This document shows positions 38,300 through 50,399 of a stretch of 64,000 bases of DNA, in pieces (position 1 is the stretch's first letter; every line of letters starts with the position of its first letter). Under the pieces are notes generated by a model. That model made no database searches, was not told where the DNA came from, and saw nothing but the letters and a program-made list of their open reading frames with translations. Source of the DNA: Octopus bimaculoides (Eukaryota); the NCBI RefSeq assembly GCF_001194135.2, contig NC_068981.1, forward strand, positions 192,124,062 to 192,188,061, read 5' to 3'. Position numbers and translations under genes: made by a program.

Positions 38300-38880
38300 A
38301 TAGTTGTATGGATGAAACGGAAATTACTGAGGAATTTTTTTTACAACCAGAAGCCCTTCCTGCCACCAACTTTCACCTGTTTCAAGCATGGTAACAATTC
38401 CCCATGGCAAGACACGTTTCTGTGGAAGATTGGAAATGAATTACACTGTTTGTATAATGGTGACACTCTTTTACAATTACAGCGCACAATCAACACAAGA
38501 AGAGATACACTAGCACAGGCAATGGCTGTGTAGTTAAGTGGTTCAGAAGTTCACTTCCCAACTACATGGTTACAGGTTCAATCTCACTGCAAAATCTTGG
38601 ACAAATATCTTCTATTGCCTTAATTTGACCAATGCTTTATATGTGAAATTTAGAAGGAAATTGTATAGAAGCCCGTCATGTGTGTGTGACTGTGTCTATT
38701 CACTTGTGTAGGTGCATGTAGGTCATTGTGTTCATATTTGATGGGGCAGGGCAGATATTACTTTGCTTGAAGACAGGTGAGAGTTGGTGACAAGAAGGGT
38801 GTCCAACCATAGAAAATCTGCCTTGACAAATTTCAAATGGCTCATGCAAGCATGGAAAAGTGAATAATAAAATGAGGATG
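38300..38880. mobile_element. Two family C SINE pieces in opposite orientation
   Basis: About 38300-38515 (-, body and tail) abuts 38520-38880 (+, head and tail). Confidence 0.7.
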
Positions 38881-41337
38881 ATACAAATGTTCCTTGCATG
38901 AAATAAGCTCAACCAAAAAAATTACTATTTCAGTTTCTTATTAATAAACTATAAGTCAACTTAGTTTACTGTTTCATTTTGTCTACATAATTTATCCTAT
39001 GTTTTGGCAAGATATTAGACATAGCTTGCTGAAACAGTATTTAAACTAAAAACATATTTGAAATACATACACCAATTAAAAACAATTAATGCATTAAATA
39101 ACTTTTACACTGGTGTTTAGTAAAATATTATTATATGAAACTATTTTAATCGACTTTGTTGTCTCAGTTTAGACCAGGTTTAAGGCAAAGTGCTGGTTTG
39201 TCTGTTATTGGAATACTCTTGTAAGAATGATTTGAGAAGTAACAAAAAAATGTGTAAGCAATTGTGAAATGAAAAAAGAGGATATAATACAGACAAGAAA
39301 TAAGTAATTTCTAAATACAATACTCCAGGTATAATCCTTGAAGGACAATAGGATCAATCTAGTGGTTTTGCTATTTTTAAGTTAGACAAAAAAGATCAGT
39401 CTCTTCTAAAATACATGTACCCACTCTCATGGTGCAAAGGTTACAAGAAATACAACAGAAAGACAAATTGAAAAATAGAGCTTATATTAGTTTGACACTC
39501 AAAAAATGGAGTGGGGGAACATCTTTAACATTTCAAGTATTTACTCTTCTTCCAAAAGATAGGACAGAGAGAAGGAAAATTAGAGAAATTGAAATATACA
39601 GGTGTCCAAATGTCATGGCATGGTGAATGACCAGAAGTAGTAGAAAGGTCACTTTAGGCATGAGTGGCAGTTGGTGGGGAGGCTGTGAGCCTGGTATGTA
39701 CACATACAAGCATGCACACACCATTTTCACATTCACTTTACCATCATTTGATGGGCAAAATAGAACTTAAGGCAGATTTTCTATAGCCAGATGCCCTTCC
39801 TGCAGCCAACCCTTACCTGCCCCATGGCCAGGCATGTTTTCATTATTTTATCTCCAACCCCATCCTATAACAAATCAAAGATTGAAAATGAAGGATTGTT
39901 TATAATCATCATACTATGTCACAACACACACACATTTATCATCATTTTAATGTCTATTTCTCTCAACGCTTGTACAAGTCAAATAGAATTCATGAAAGCA
40001 AACTTTCTACAGTCAGAGGCCCTTCTTGTAGAAAACCTTCACCCATTTTCAAGCAAAGTAATAATTCTAAGTTCAATTCTGACACAACAAACCTATAATC
40101 AAAAGTACTCCAGTGGTAAAGCCCATCGTTTCTCTCATTTCAGAAATATCTTGAACTACAATGTCCAACCAACATCTCTTTCTTTTTTTAAAGATGGGAG
40201 GATGCATTTTAAGATTTCACTGCTATTTCTAACCAACTGAGTGACCATGGAAAGCCTCTCTACTTGCTATTACATCTGTTCTGTAGATTACATTAAAGGA
40301 ATATATTTAGAACATGACACAATTCTGAAGCATCATAAGACAACAGTCAAAAGCCATTATTATATCTCCAACCCCATCCTATAACAAATCAAACACTCCA
40401 TTACTGTATCACCAAAATATTTTTCTTTCTTCCCCAAAATGTTCATGATGCAGAGTTTTTAAGACACTAATAAGGACATTTTTACAAAAGGAATGGGGAG
40501 CAGTAAAAGGGGTAGGAAGGTAAAGTAATCTGGGGTTGGGTGTAAGGGAATAAAAAATATATAACTCATGCTGGTTTATATAGGAGAAAAATGGAAAACA
40601 ATATATTAATTGCAAGAAATACTCTCAGTAAATCAGTTTTTTCAGGTCACTATGTTACATATGGTAGACCTTTCTAAGAGTACAACACTTCCTTGACATG
40701 TTTTCTTCTCAGCCATACAGGTGACATAATTGACAACACAACAACCCCTCCCTGTGTACACACACACACACTGATCATTCACTGTCTTGTCAATTGAACA
40801 GAATAAATAAGTTTCATTGAGAAAATCTAATAAAATCTTCACCAGTTGGCTCTAAAGACTGGATCCACTTCAAAATTACATTTTCTATATTTTCCTAAAA
40901 TGTCTAAAAGTGATTTTATTGGAGTTATTTCTTTTGCTTGTTTTTAGATTTGACACCCAAGGGAGATTTTGTCAGTAGATTGCATGGATAATCTCAGTTA
41001 ACCAACTCTATTACATATGCAAGACCTTACTATATTTCTATTTAGAACAAATATGCAAAACACTCTCCTGAGGTGTTTTGCTGTCAGCGAAATTGTTGAT
41101 ATTACATTGTCTGAGAGGAAAGATAGATATAAAAGAATTTAAAGAAGACAAAAAGGATATAAAACTAAAACAAATTATCCTGAATTGAGATGAGACTGGA
41201 TGTTTAGAACTCATAGCAGAAGTAGTGGTTATGTCAATAAATAAGAATTGGTTTGAGAGCAATGGGAATTAAGAAAGACAATGAGTGGAAAGATAAATTC
41301 TGAAGTCTACTGCACAGCTAGTGCTAACAAAACAAAA

Positions 41338-41702
41338 ATCATCATCATCTTAATGTCCACTTTTCCATATCTGCATGGGTCAGTTTACTGAAGCAGTTTT
41401 TAAATGGCTGGATACCTTTCCTGTCACCAACTTTCACCTGTTTCCAAGCAAGGTAATATTTCCCCATTACCAGACAGGTTCTTAGAGAATATAGGAAATG
41501 AATGACTCATTTACAAGTGTCACCTGATGTCAAGATAAGTAAACACAAACACATTACACACACACACACACACACACACACAAATTGGGCCTTTTTCACA
41601 TTCCATCAACCAAATCCACCCCCAAGGCTTTGAATGGCCTAAGACTACATTAGAAAACACTTGCCCAAGGTACCACACAATGAGACTGAACCTGAAGCCA
41701 GG
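41338..41702 (-). mobile_element. Family C SINE, near full length
   Basis: CATCATCATCTTAATGTCCAC..CACCTGTTTCCAAGCAAGGTAATATTTCCCC..(CA)n..CACTTGCCCAAGGTACCAC..GACTGAACC. Confidence 0.85.
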
Positions 41703-41883
41703 CCAATTATTGTTATTCTCGTGAATTTTTTTGTGATTCTGCCCATTATTAGTCTGCCAAGTTGAGAGAAAGGTCTATTATTGTTATTTTTCTGAAATTC
41801 TTTAAATTCTGATTCTGTTCATTAAGTGTGCCTGCAATCATTACTCTTAAGCTGTATATGCAACTATTTATTTTTTCATTCAG

Positions 41884-41921
41884 GAGCCTAGGTGGAGTGT
41901 AAAGCCAGACACAGAGCCCAG
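41884..41921 (+). CDS. Candidate 38-nt exon
   Basis: Very good acceptor (tatttattttttcattcag) and donor (CAG|gtatga). One open frame, EPRWSVKPDTEP. No homology recognised. Confidence 0.25.
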
Positions 41922-44129
41922 GTATGAAAGAGTTAAATTTATTACAATTCAATGTAATAAATTTAATGTATTATATAATAATATTTCGGTGATTATCTGC
42001 TGGTAAAGTGAAAATGAAGTAATTGTAGTATTATGATATTAAGCAATAAAGCATATTTGCTAAATTCCATCTCATTTATGTATTGTTTTATATATAGTCT
42101 GATGTTCATGGATTTCCACATATCTTCCTTTTTCTGTTTGGTTTTCATTGTGAAAGTGCGCCAAGTAGGCCAATACTACAAGGTGCATACTGAAATTAGG
42201 ATATGATAAAAAAAACATGTGTGTGAGTGTAGGCCTCCTTTTCTTGACATTGCATGATAGTTGTAAATGAGCATCACTGTCATACAAGCAGTGTCATTCA
42301 TTTCAAATATTCTACAAAAATATGCTTAGCCATGAGGAAATATCTTGCTTGAGATCACAGAAGGGTGATGATAGGAAAGGTTCCAGCCATAGCAAATTTG
42401 CCTTAAACTGCCTGACCTATGCAAGCACAGAAAAGCAAACATAGTGACAGTAATAGAACATTTAGCTCTCAAACTGACGTTTCATGGCCAACAAACCATG
42501 ATCCACTTCTTTATCAGCAATTGAAACAAACACACAGAGTTTTGTTTTGTTTATTTTCTATGCAGACAAATTGGACAGATCTGCAGCACTGATTTTCATT
42601 CATCTTGTTTTATTCTCAACCACTTTCTTTATTCTTTAGTTTAACTATATAAAAAAAAAAGAACTAAATCAAAACAGAATCTAATTCTAAAACTTCTTTA
42701 TATAAACATTTTCATCTTTTATTCTCATCAGTTCAACCATTGATCAGAGGCCTGCTAGATCAGCATCTAGCCAGCACTGGCTTGCCACTCAAATAACAAT
42801 AACAATCACAACCAATTGACAGATGGTGAAATACTGATAAATCTTTTCCTATCCCAAGTCAGAAAGTTACCTATGTGAGAACAGAGAATATATCATAGAT
42901 GGCATCCTAGATTCAGGAACCAACCTTTCATATTCAAAACATTAGTAAAAATCGCATCAATGAGATTTGGCATCCTTTATAGAGATAAGAAATATGCCAG
43001 CTCACAGCAAGCCTTGACTCTCTCCAAGACTCCAAGAAGGTGTGCTACATGATAGCAGTAGTACTGCTGCTCTCATATTTGCAGTGATACATTTCATTCA
43101 ATCACTGTTATATCATAGAAAACATTCATCTGCTAAGACATCTGTTAAAGCTTCCTTCACTGAAAAATGTTCAGCCTCTCACCTTACTATCATGCTGATT
43201 TATCTCAGTCATATTTACTACAGCTACATATTCACTGCACTTCAGAACTTATCTGCATCTCTCCCAGCAGACACATCACATCAACATTTTGCTCGTTACC
43301 ACTGATTGTTTAATTTATATTCTCTTTAAATCTCACATTAAAAGTTACCATAAATGTAATTCTTAATTTATCATTCCTTTATATATATTTTTTTTTTTTT
43401 TTTTTTTTTGTTATCTCCAAATGTACTCAATCTCACTCATCATGCCATTCTATGATATAGGGAAATAACTTTTACAAACATTAAATTAATTATTTTAATT
43501 TGATCATAACACTACAAAGGAAATGAAAACTGCAATTAAATTTAGAGTAGGTGTATTTTCAAAGTTGCAAGAAAGATTTTTTTTTCTGGAATATAAAACT
43601 GAAATATGATTTTCCCCTACTGTTCTGACACATGATTTAGATAGTCCTGTGTCTCCAAACCTTGCAGAAAAATACTAATAACAACTGCACCTTATAATGT
43701 CTTAACATTATTAAGTATCTGAGATTACATAAAAAAATTATATTGATTCAGCTTTTGTATGCAGTAAGCAGAAGACTCAGTATCCTAGTTTTATATGAAG
43801 AAGTATATTTGAAATGAAGCAATTTAACAATGAAGTGGAGTGAACAATACCATTGTAGAATACAGAAAGCACAAGGTCTGCCAGGCTAGATGTGTTGCAA
43901 GGCTCACAGACAGGTGGATCTGTGCAATTTGTTAGGTGCTATCTAAGAGATCAGAAGAGACCCTCTGAAGACTTCCAAACAATAAGACAACATAGTCAAA
44001 CAATATGGGCCAAAATGGAAGAGAAGGTCACAATCACGAGAAGAACAGCTCACTGTGACCTGTGATGCATAGGAACATCTGATAATCTATGCAATAGACA
44101 ATTATTAATGAAAAATTAAATCCTATATA

Positions 44130-45390
44130 TGAGGGGGTACCCAAAAGAAACCGCAATTTTGAAATATTATTTCATTCACTTAGTTTTACACTTTTATCGC
44201 CTTCAAAGTATTCTCCATTTGAAGCAATGCATTGGTCCAGATGTATTTTCCACTGTCCAAAACAGTCCTGGAACTCTTGTGAAGTGATGTCTTTTAATGC
44301 CTCCATCATTTTTTTCTTCACCTCTTCCATATCTGCAAAATATTTTCCTTTAAGAACCTTTTTTCATTCGGGGAAACAAAAAACAGTTGCAGGGAGCAAA
44401 ATCGGGAGAATAGGGAGGGTAGGTAAATGGGGTGCAAAGGTGCATTGCCTTGATGAAACCACCACTCTCCACTGTCACTGGTCAGGGTGTTTTCATCTCA
44501 CTGTGTCTTGCAAACGCTTCAGAACTGCGAAGCAAAATGTGATCAACAGTCTGACCAGGAGGAAACAAATACTGTGTGGACAATTCCTTTCACATCAAAG
44601 AAAACAAATCAGCATCGTCTTCACATTGGACTTCACTTGATGCACTTTTGGGGGCACGGTGACACTCAATGCTTCCATTGACTTGATTGCTGCTTCGTTT
44701 CCGGGTCGTAGCCATAGCACCAGCTTTCGTCACCAGGGATGACCTTCGAAGAAAGGTTCAGATCAACTTCCAACTGGGCTTTCAGTTCACGACACACATT
44801 CAGTCTTAACTGCTTTTGATCTTCTCTGAACAAGTGAGGCACAAATTATGCTGCAATTCTTTTCATTCACAATTCCTCACTCAAAATTGGGAAGAGCTCC
44901 AGGACATGCCAGTCATATCAACAAGTTTGTCAATATTTTGGCGACAGTCCAAGATCAGTTCATGAATTTTCATGGTGTTTTCATTCATTTGGGAGGATGA
45001 CAGTCGCTCTGAACAAGGTCGGTGTTCAAGTGACAAGTGACCATCCCTAAAGCCTGAAAGCTACTTGTAAACTTGTGTTTTGCTCATGGCAGTGTCCTTG
45101 TAAGCTGTTTGAAGCATGACAAGTGTTTCAGTCACCATTTTCCCCAGCAGAAAACAGAATTTTATGGAAGCATGTTGTCCCTTCATTTCAGCCATTGCAA
45201 AAATTGACGAACAGGGGAGAAGCACTGCAAAACAAAGATGCACCACGTTGCAGTACAACTCCACTCGACGATGCCAGTTGGCAGACTGATGCCTGAGGGT
45301 CACATCAAGTGGCTTCTAGCAGCGAAAGCCTGAACTACAACGGGCTTGTCCCACAGAGAACATTTCCGGTTACTTTTGGGTACCGCCTCA
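44130..45390 (-). mobile_element. Full-length mariner transposon with TIRs and TA target-site duplication
   Basis: TA|TGAGGGGGTACCCAAAAGAAACCGCAAT ... ATTTCCGGTTACTTTTGGGTACCGCCTCA|TA. Confidence 0.95.
44172..45195 (-). pseudogene. Mariner transposase pseudogene
   Basis: MAEMKGQHASIKFCFLLGK, VIPGDESWCYGYDPETKQQSSQWK, HQGNAP, PPYSPDFAPCNCFLFPRMKK..QCIASNGEYFEGD, with several stops, frameshifts and an internal deletion. Confidence 0.92.
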
Positions 45391-46330
45391 TATTTATCAA
45401 TAACACAAAGCCTATATTTAAAAGTGCAGTCACATACTAAAAAAAAAAAAATTAGCATAAATAATGTTGAAGTCCGTACTGGTAATCGAAGAGAGACATG
45501 GTGAAGGTAGTGGGGGAGGAATGAGAAGAGAGACACAGGAATGAAGGGGAGGAGTGGGAAGAGAGAGACAGGAAAGAAGGGGAGGAGGAGCAATCCATTT
45601 AAAGTAGTCTCAGATCAATGTCTCAGAAAATTATATTTCATACAACACTACAGCTACCACTGAGTTGTTTTCTGCCTCCCACATCAGAGCTGCATTGTTT
45701 ATAATGTCCCATACTACTACTACTGCTGTTTTATTTACTACCTCCCCTACTACAGTTCTTGTATTATTTACTACGTCCCATACTACAACTACCATTTTAT
45801 TTACTATGTCTTGTTTGTAAGTTGGATGAAATACAATAAGCTCATCAAGAGTTTCCAGTCAAATTATTGATTTCTGATTATAGGTACAAAGCCACAAAAT
45901 TTGGGGAAAACTATATTTGATTATATCAATCTTGCATATGACTGATACTTAGATTATCAATCCCTAGAGGATGAAAGGTAAAGTCAATTCTAGCAGGATT
46001 TGAACTCAGGATATAGAGAGGAGTAGCTAAATACTGCTAGACATTTCATCCAATTCTATCGATGTTACTAATTTCTAAAATATTAAAAACATAACTTTAT
46101 ATGATAATGAAAGTTTATTTTCTCACATCTAAAATGTTCGAAATTTATTTTTAATGAATGAATGAATGGAGCTGGTATTGAAAAGATAAATAAATGATAG
46201 TAACTTTACTATGATGGTTGGTGGCTTCAATGGAGATGGTAGACAACACTATAATAGCTACTCCACTGTAGTTTAGACAAACCACTATACCCAGTATTCA
46301 TAACCTGAAGAAGAATATCATACACTAATT

Positions 46331-46477
46331 ACATTATTTACATTTGACGGATATTTGTTCTCATCTTGTTTGTTGCTAACACAACATTTCGGCTGATATA
46401 CCCTCCTGCCTCCATCAGGTGTCCCGGGGGAATTTCGAACCTGGGTTCTCATTCCTAAGGTATTTTTCCAATGTTGC

Positions 46478-46521
<44 letters not shown>

Positions 46522-46676
46522 TCACTGCCTGGAATCGAATGCAGAATCTTGGGATTAGTAGCCCACGCTCTTAACCACTATGCCAAATGCCCATAGGCAT
46601 ATGGCGTAGAGGTTAAGAGCACAGGCTACTAACCCACGTACATCAGCCGAAACACAGTGTCAAATGTAAATAATGT
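46331..46676. mobile_element. Penelope-like inverted-repeat structure with hammerhead relic and central tRNA-derived palindrome
   Basis: 18-bp perfect inverted repeat at 46331-46348 / 46659-46676, an inner 11-bp inverted repeat at 46387-46397 / 46642-46652, (ATT)n at about 46478-46516, and a 36-bp hairpin at 46556-46631. Confidence 0.7.
46377..46423 (-). ncRNA. Degenerate minimal hammerhead ribozyme motif
   Basis: GACAC-CTGATGG-A-GGCAG(GAGGGTATAT)CAGCC-GAAA-TG-TT/GTGTT. Stem I is 5 bp. A9 is G, stem II has one mismatch, and helix III reads ATGT where the palindrome ACGT is expected. Confidence 0.6.
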
Positions 46677-46794
46677 ACATAATTCCTCATCTCTCAAATA
46701 TAGAACTATATTACCATACACTAAAACTAGCAGTCACCAAGAAAACTAGGTTTAAATGAATGGCTTCTGTTACCTAAGTAAACTAATTAGTAGC

Positions 46795-46960
46795 AGAACT
46801 TGTGGAAGAAAAAGACTGAGAAAAACATGGGAAGAAAAAAAACAAAGGATAATATCAAGAGGCTGAACTTCATGTTTGAGATGACAAAGAACTGCCAGAA
46901 GAAGCCAGATGTTGTGCTGGGAAACTGGTTCAACCTATGCAAATATGGAAAAACAAATAC
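46795..46960 (+). pseudogene. RTE LINE C-terminal fragment
   Basis: TCGRKRLRKTWEE, then EMTKNC..DVVL in a shifted frame. Confidence 0.7.
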
Positions 46961-49422
46961 AAAATGATGATCAGGAAGATCTGAAATGTCTGGAAAGTCA
47001 TTAAAATAATCTATAAAGAGATTCGGTAGAAGTTGTTTGTTTGTTTTCTTAACATTGTCCCTCAAATTACATTGTGCCATGTTAGAAAAGGATGCATTGT
47101 ATTAATTGGTCCTGGATTCCTTGTACATAGAATAAAGAAGGGGTGATCATAAATGCTCAATGAGAGCTGGTCAAGGGCTAAACAGCAACACGATAAAATG
47201 CTGGCAAGCAACCTACTCGTCAGGTCACCAAGAACAGCAATTCCAGAACCTGCAATTTTCCTGAATAGAGTACCATTCAGACCTATCTTTCCACACACTC
47301 TTTTCAACCTATTCCAACATAATCTTCCCAAATCAGCACAAAACATCCAGTCTCAATGCTACGTTTAACTTATTGCCCTTCAATTCCAAGTTTGGCCTAT
47401 ATACTTGGAATTTCTTGCCCAAATCTTCCATAGATTCTAGTGTATGAACAAGGTCAACAGTATACAATATTTCCCAAACTCCTGAAACACACACATTTGT
47501 CTGCATATGTTAAAACAACTATTTGTATCACTTTTATCCAAATACATGGAGAAATTACATTTGATCAGTATGGCAGTGAAAAGAGTTTAGGAATTACAGA
47601 TCACCACAACTTCAAGTCTGCCTGCACACAAATATATTAACACGACTTTAACAATGCTTTATCATGTGCATCTCTCCCTCTCTCTCTCTCCCTATCTCTC
47701 TCCCTCTCTCTCTCCCTCTCCCTCTCCCTCTCCCTCTCATATATGCATGTGTGTGTGATTGTGTGTTCAATGCAACCTGTCAGTGCAGTAGAAGCTATTT
47801 TAAATAAAGACTAAAAATAATACCACAAAGTAATTTCAATAATGTCGAAAAAAATTTCCAGAGTGGAACACAAGAAACGAGTGCTTCAGAAACTTGAATG
47901 CAACCATCATCAATTAGTAAAGCAGCATTATATCATACACTGTCATTCTTCCACAAAATGGATTATGGATATTAACTTTTTCATATATCATTTTAGTTAG
48001 CAAATCCATTTAGAATATTTTGACACGTAAGAAATAAGTATTCTTTGATGCTAAGTAGAAATAGGTAGAAATGAAGCTAAGTTTTTCAGAATCATTTTTG
48101 TTTCTATTTTGCAATCTTTTGAAAGAAAGAATGGAGGCAATTTCATGCAGACCATTCACTCAGAAGTTTATGTTGACTATATGCATGTACGCATGCTCAC
48201 AAAACCACACGATCGAGAGAAGAGAAATATTAAGAGCTAGATACACATTGTTGCAAATATTTGTTGAGTTGATTAACAGTACAAATAAATTTAATAATAA
48301 ATTTGTGTAAATCTAGATACTACTAACATACGCACCTAAACACTAACAGAAACACACACAAGTATAAACAGCTACCTTATGGCAATGCTTGGCAAGTTAT
48401 TAACTGTCTAGACAATAAAGCAATTTTTTCAATTACATCACAATACTAAATTTCTAGTTTTTAAATTGGTCTCTACAAGATCTTCTTTCTGACATCATCT
48501 TAGAGAATTGAATTGAATTAAATTGATAAATGGATAATGCCAAATCAAACAATTATGATAAAATACAAGGCAATTTCAAAGAATCTTATTAAAAAAAAAA
48601 AAAATGTAAATATTGATTAATATTTTAAACATTTACAAAGTTCAAATTCTTAACATTTCACCAAGACCAGTTCCAATATTTTTAGCATATTTGTATCTGA
48701 TGCAAATAAAAAAGTATTGAAAAATAGCATGACTTTATATTTAAATCAAGATAGAAAAGCAACTTACTACAAACTAAATACAAATTAAAGAAAAGAAAAT
48801 TTAATGAAATATATTAACTTCACATATAAAATATCTGAGTAATATAATTAAATAATCAATCAAATTTGCTTATTTATTGGTTATAAATTCAAACATCAAT
48901 AATATTGATCATTGCAAGATCATATGCTGACTGATTCGTTTTTTTCCATTCTTTCAGTTAGGACACCAATTTTGATATCTGAATATAGTGTTGATATTAA
49001 TAAAACAATTTAACTCAGTTTTTAAAGAAATGCTGAAATATTTTGTATTCACAATTTTCAAAACATTCATCAATGAGAGTTGGGTAGACTTTGTCCTCCT
49101 CCATCTTAATTTCATATTTTTGTTTAGTCTCCCTTCATATCAACAGCTATTCTCCCTCTACATTTTATTTCACCTATCTTTAGTAATTAGCACAAATTTA
49201 TTGTAGTTGTTTGCTTATTCAATTCTTATCCGAGGTTTACACTGAAATCTCCACACCCCAACTAGATCAAAACAAAACCTAAAAAAGAAATTACAAACTA
49301 AAAAAAAAATATATCAAACATCTCTGGCAGTGTCTACTTAAAAGTATCAAACAAATTTCTGTTTGTGTTATATTTATGTTTATATATATATATATTTATG
49401 TTTATATATATANNNNNNNNNN

Positions 49423-49438
49423 ACATACATACATACAT

Positions 49439-49491
<53 letters not shown>
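49423..49491. repeat. (TACA)n(CA)n microsatellite
   Basis: Seen directly. Confidence 0.95.
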
Positions 49492-49496
<5 letters not shown>

Positions 49497-50385
49497 TCTG
49501 ATCAATAAGTATCCAAACTGTTGCCATAGTAACGAAGCTAAAACACACTGAGTGAAGCCGCTTGGCAAAGATTGACCTTGAACTCTGCTGTGCATGTGCA
49601 CTAAGTTTTAACATTCTAGCTCATTTCTGCTGTTAACAGCAGTACTTAGAAGGAAGGAGCATATAGTGCAATTGTCACACTGACCATGACAGAGAAAACT
49701 GTCATGGTGCTACCTGCTCAGAGGCCTATGCAAGGTTGCAAAAAGTGTATGGAGAGGGTTGTATGAGCTGCACACAAATGGTTCAGACGTTTCCAAGATG
49801 CCGGCGAAAAAATGTCAATATTGACGAATGTTCTAGAAGACCCGCAACCAGCAGAACTGAGAAAAACATAGATGTGTGTGCAGCTGTGAGGGAAAATCGT
49901 CGAATCACCATCCAAGAGTTATCAGAGGACGTACAGATTAGTTATGGTTCAGTTCAGTCCATTATCACTGAAGATTTGGGTATGAGACACGTGTCTGCCA
50001 AGGTTGTGCCAAAACTGCTTTCAGCTGACCAAAAAGATCCTCGGGGTTTCATCATCATCATCATCGATTAATGTCCATTTTCCATGATGGCATGGGTTGG
50101 ACAATTTGAAAACTTTTTAAGCCTCTGAGCAGGTATTGCCAAGCTTTTGGCAAAATTTGATGCAGATTCTCTGCTCAACTTCCCCAGTCATGGTCAATGC
50201 AATGATCACAAGTTACACAACTTCCTTCCAGGCACTGCTGTAAACAATGGAAGTGAACTAGAACATTATAACTTAGTGTGCATGCACAGCAGAGTTCAAG
50301 GTCAATCTGAACCAAGTGGCTTCACTCTGCATACTTTAGCTTCATTACTATGGCAACAGTCTGGATACTTATTGATCAGACCATG
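49492..50385. mobile_element. Mariner-derived fold-back element made of two inverted 5' ends
   Basis: Both ends read GGTCTGATCAATAAGTATCC inward. The arms align for about 250 bp. The left arm continues into the transposase N-terminus (..RENRRITIQELSEDVQISYGSVQSIITEDLGMRHVSAKVVPKLL). The right arm encodes MTGEVEQRICIKFCQKLG on the minus strand. Confidence 0.85.
50050..50108 (-). mobile_element. Short family T tail fragment at the junction of the two mariner arms
   Basis: CATCATCATCATCATCGATTAATGTCCATTTTCCATGATGGCATGGGTTGGAC. Confidence 0.8.
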
Positions 50386-50399
50386 TATACATATGGTGT

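Noticed and set aside
41150-41250. QIILN*DETG, reminiscent of a pogo/Tigger DDE motif
   Set aside because: A single short motif with an adjacent stop, and no TIRs or further motifs.
43042-43305. 87-aa plus-strand ORF, and similar 70-150-aa ORFs such as 39791-40240 and 47062-47346
   Set aside because: No domain similarity. They either overlap repeats or have lengths expected by chance.
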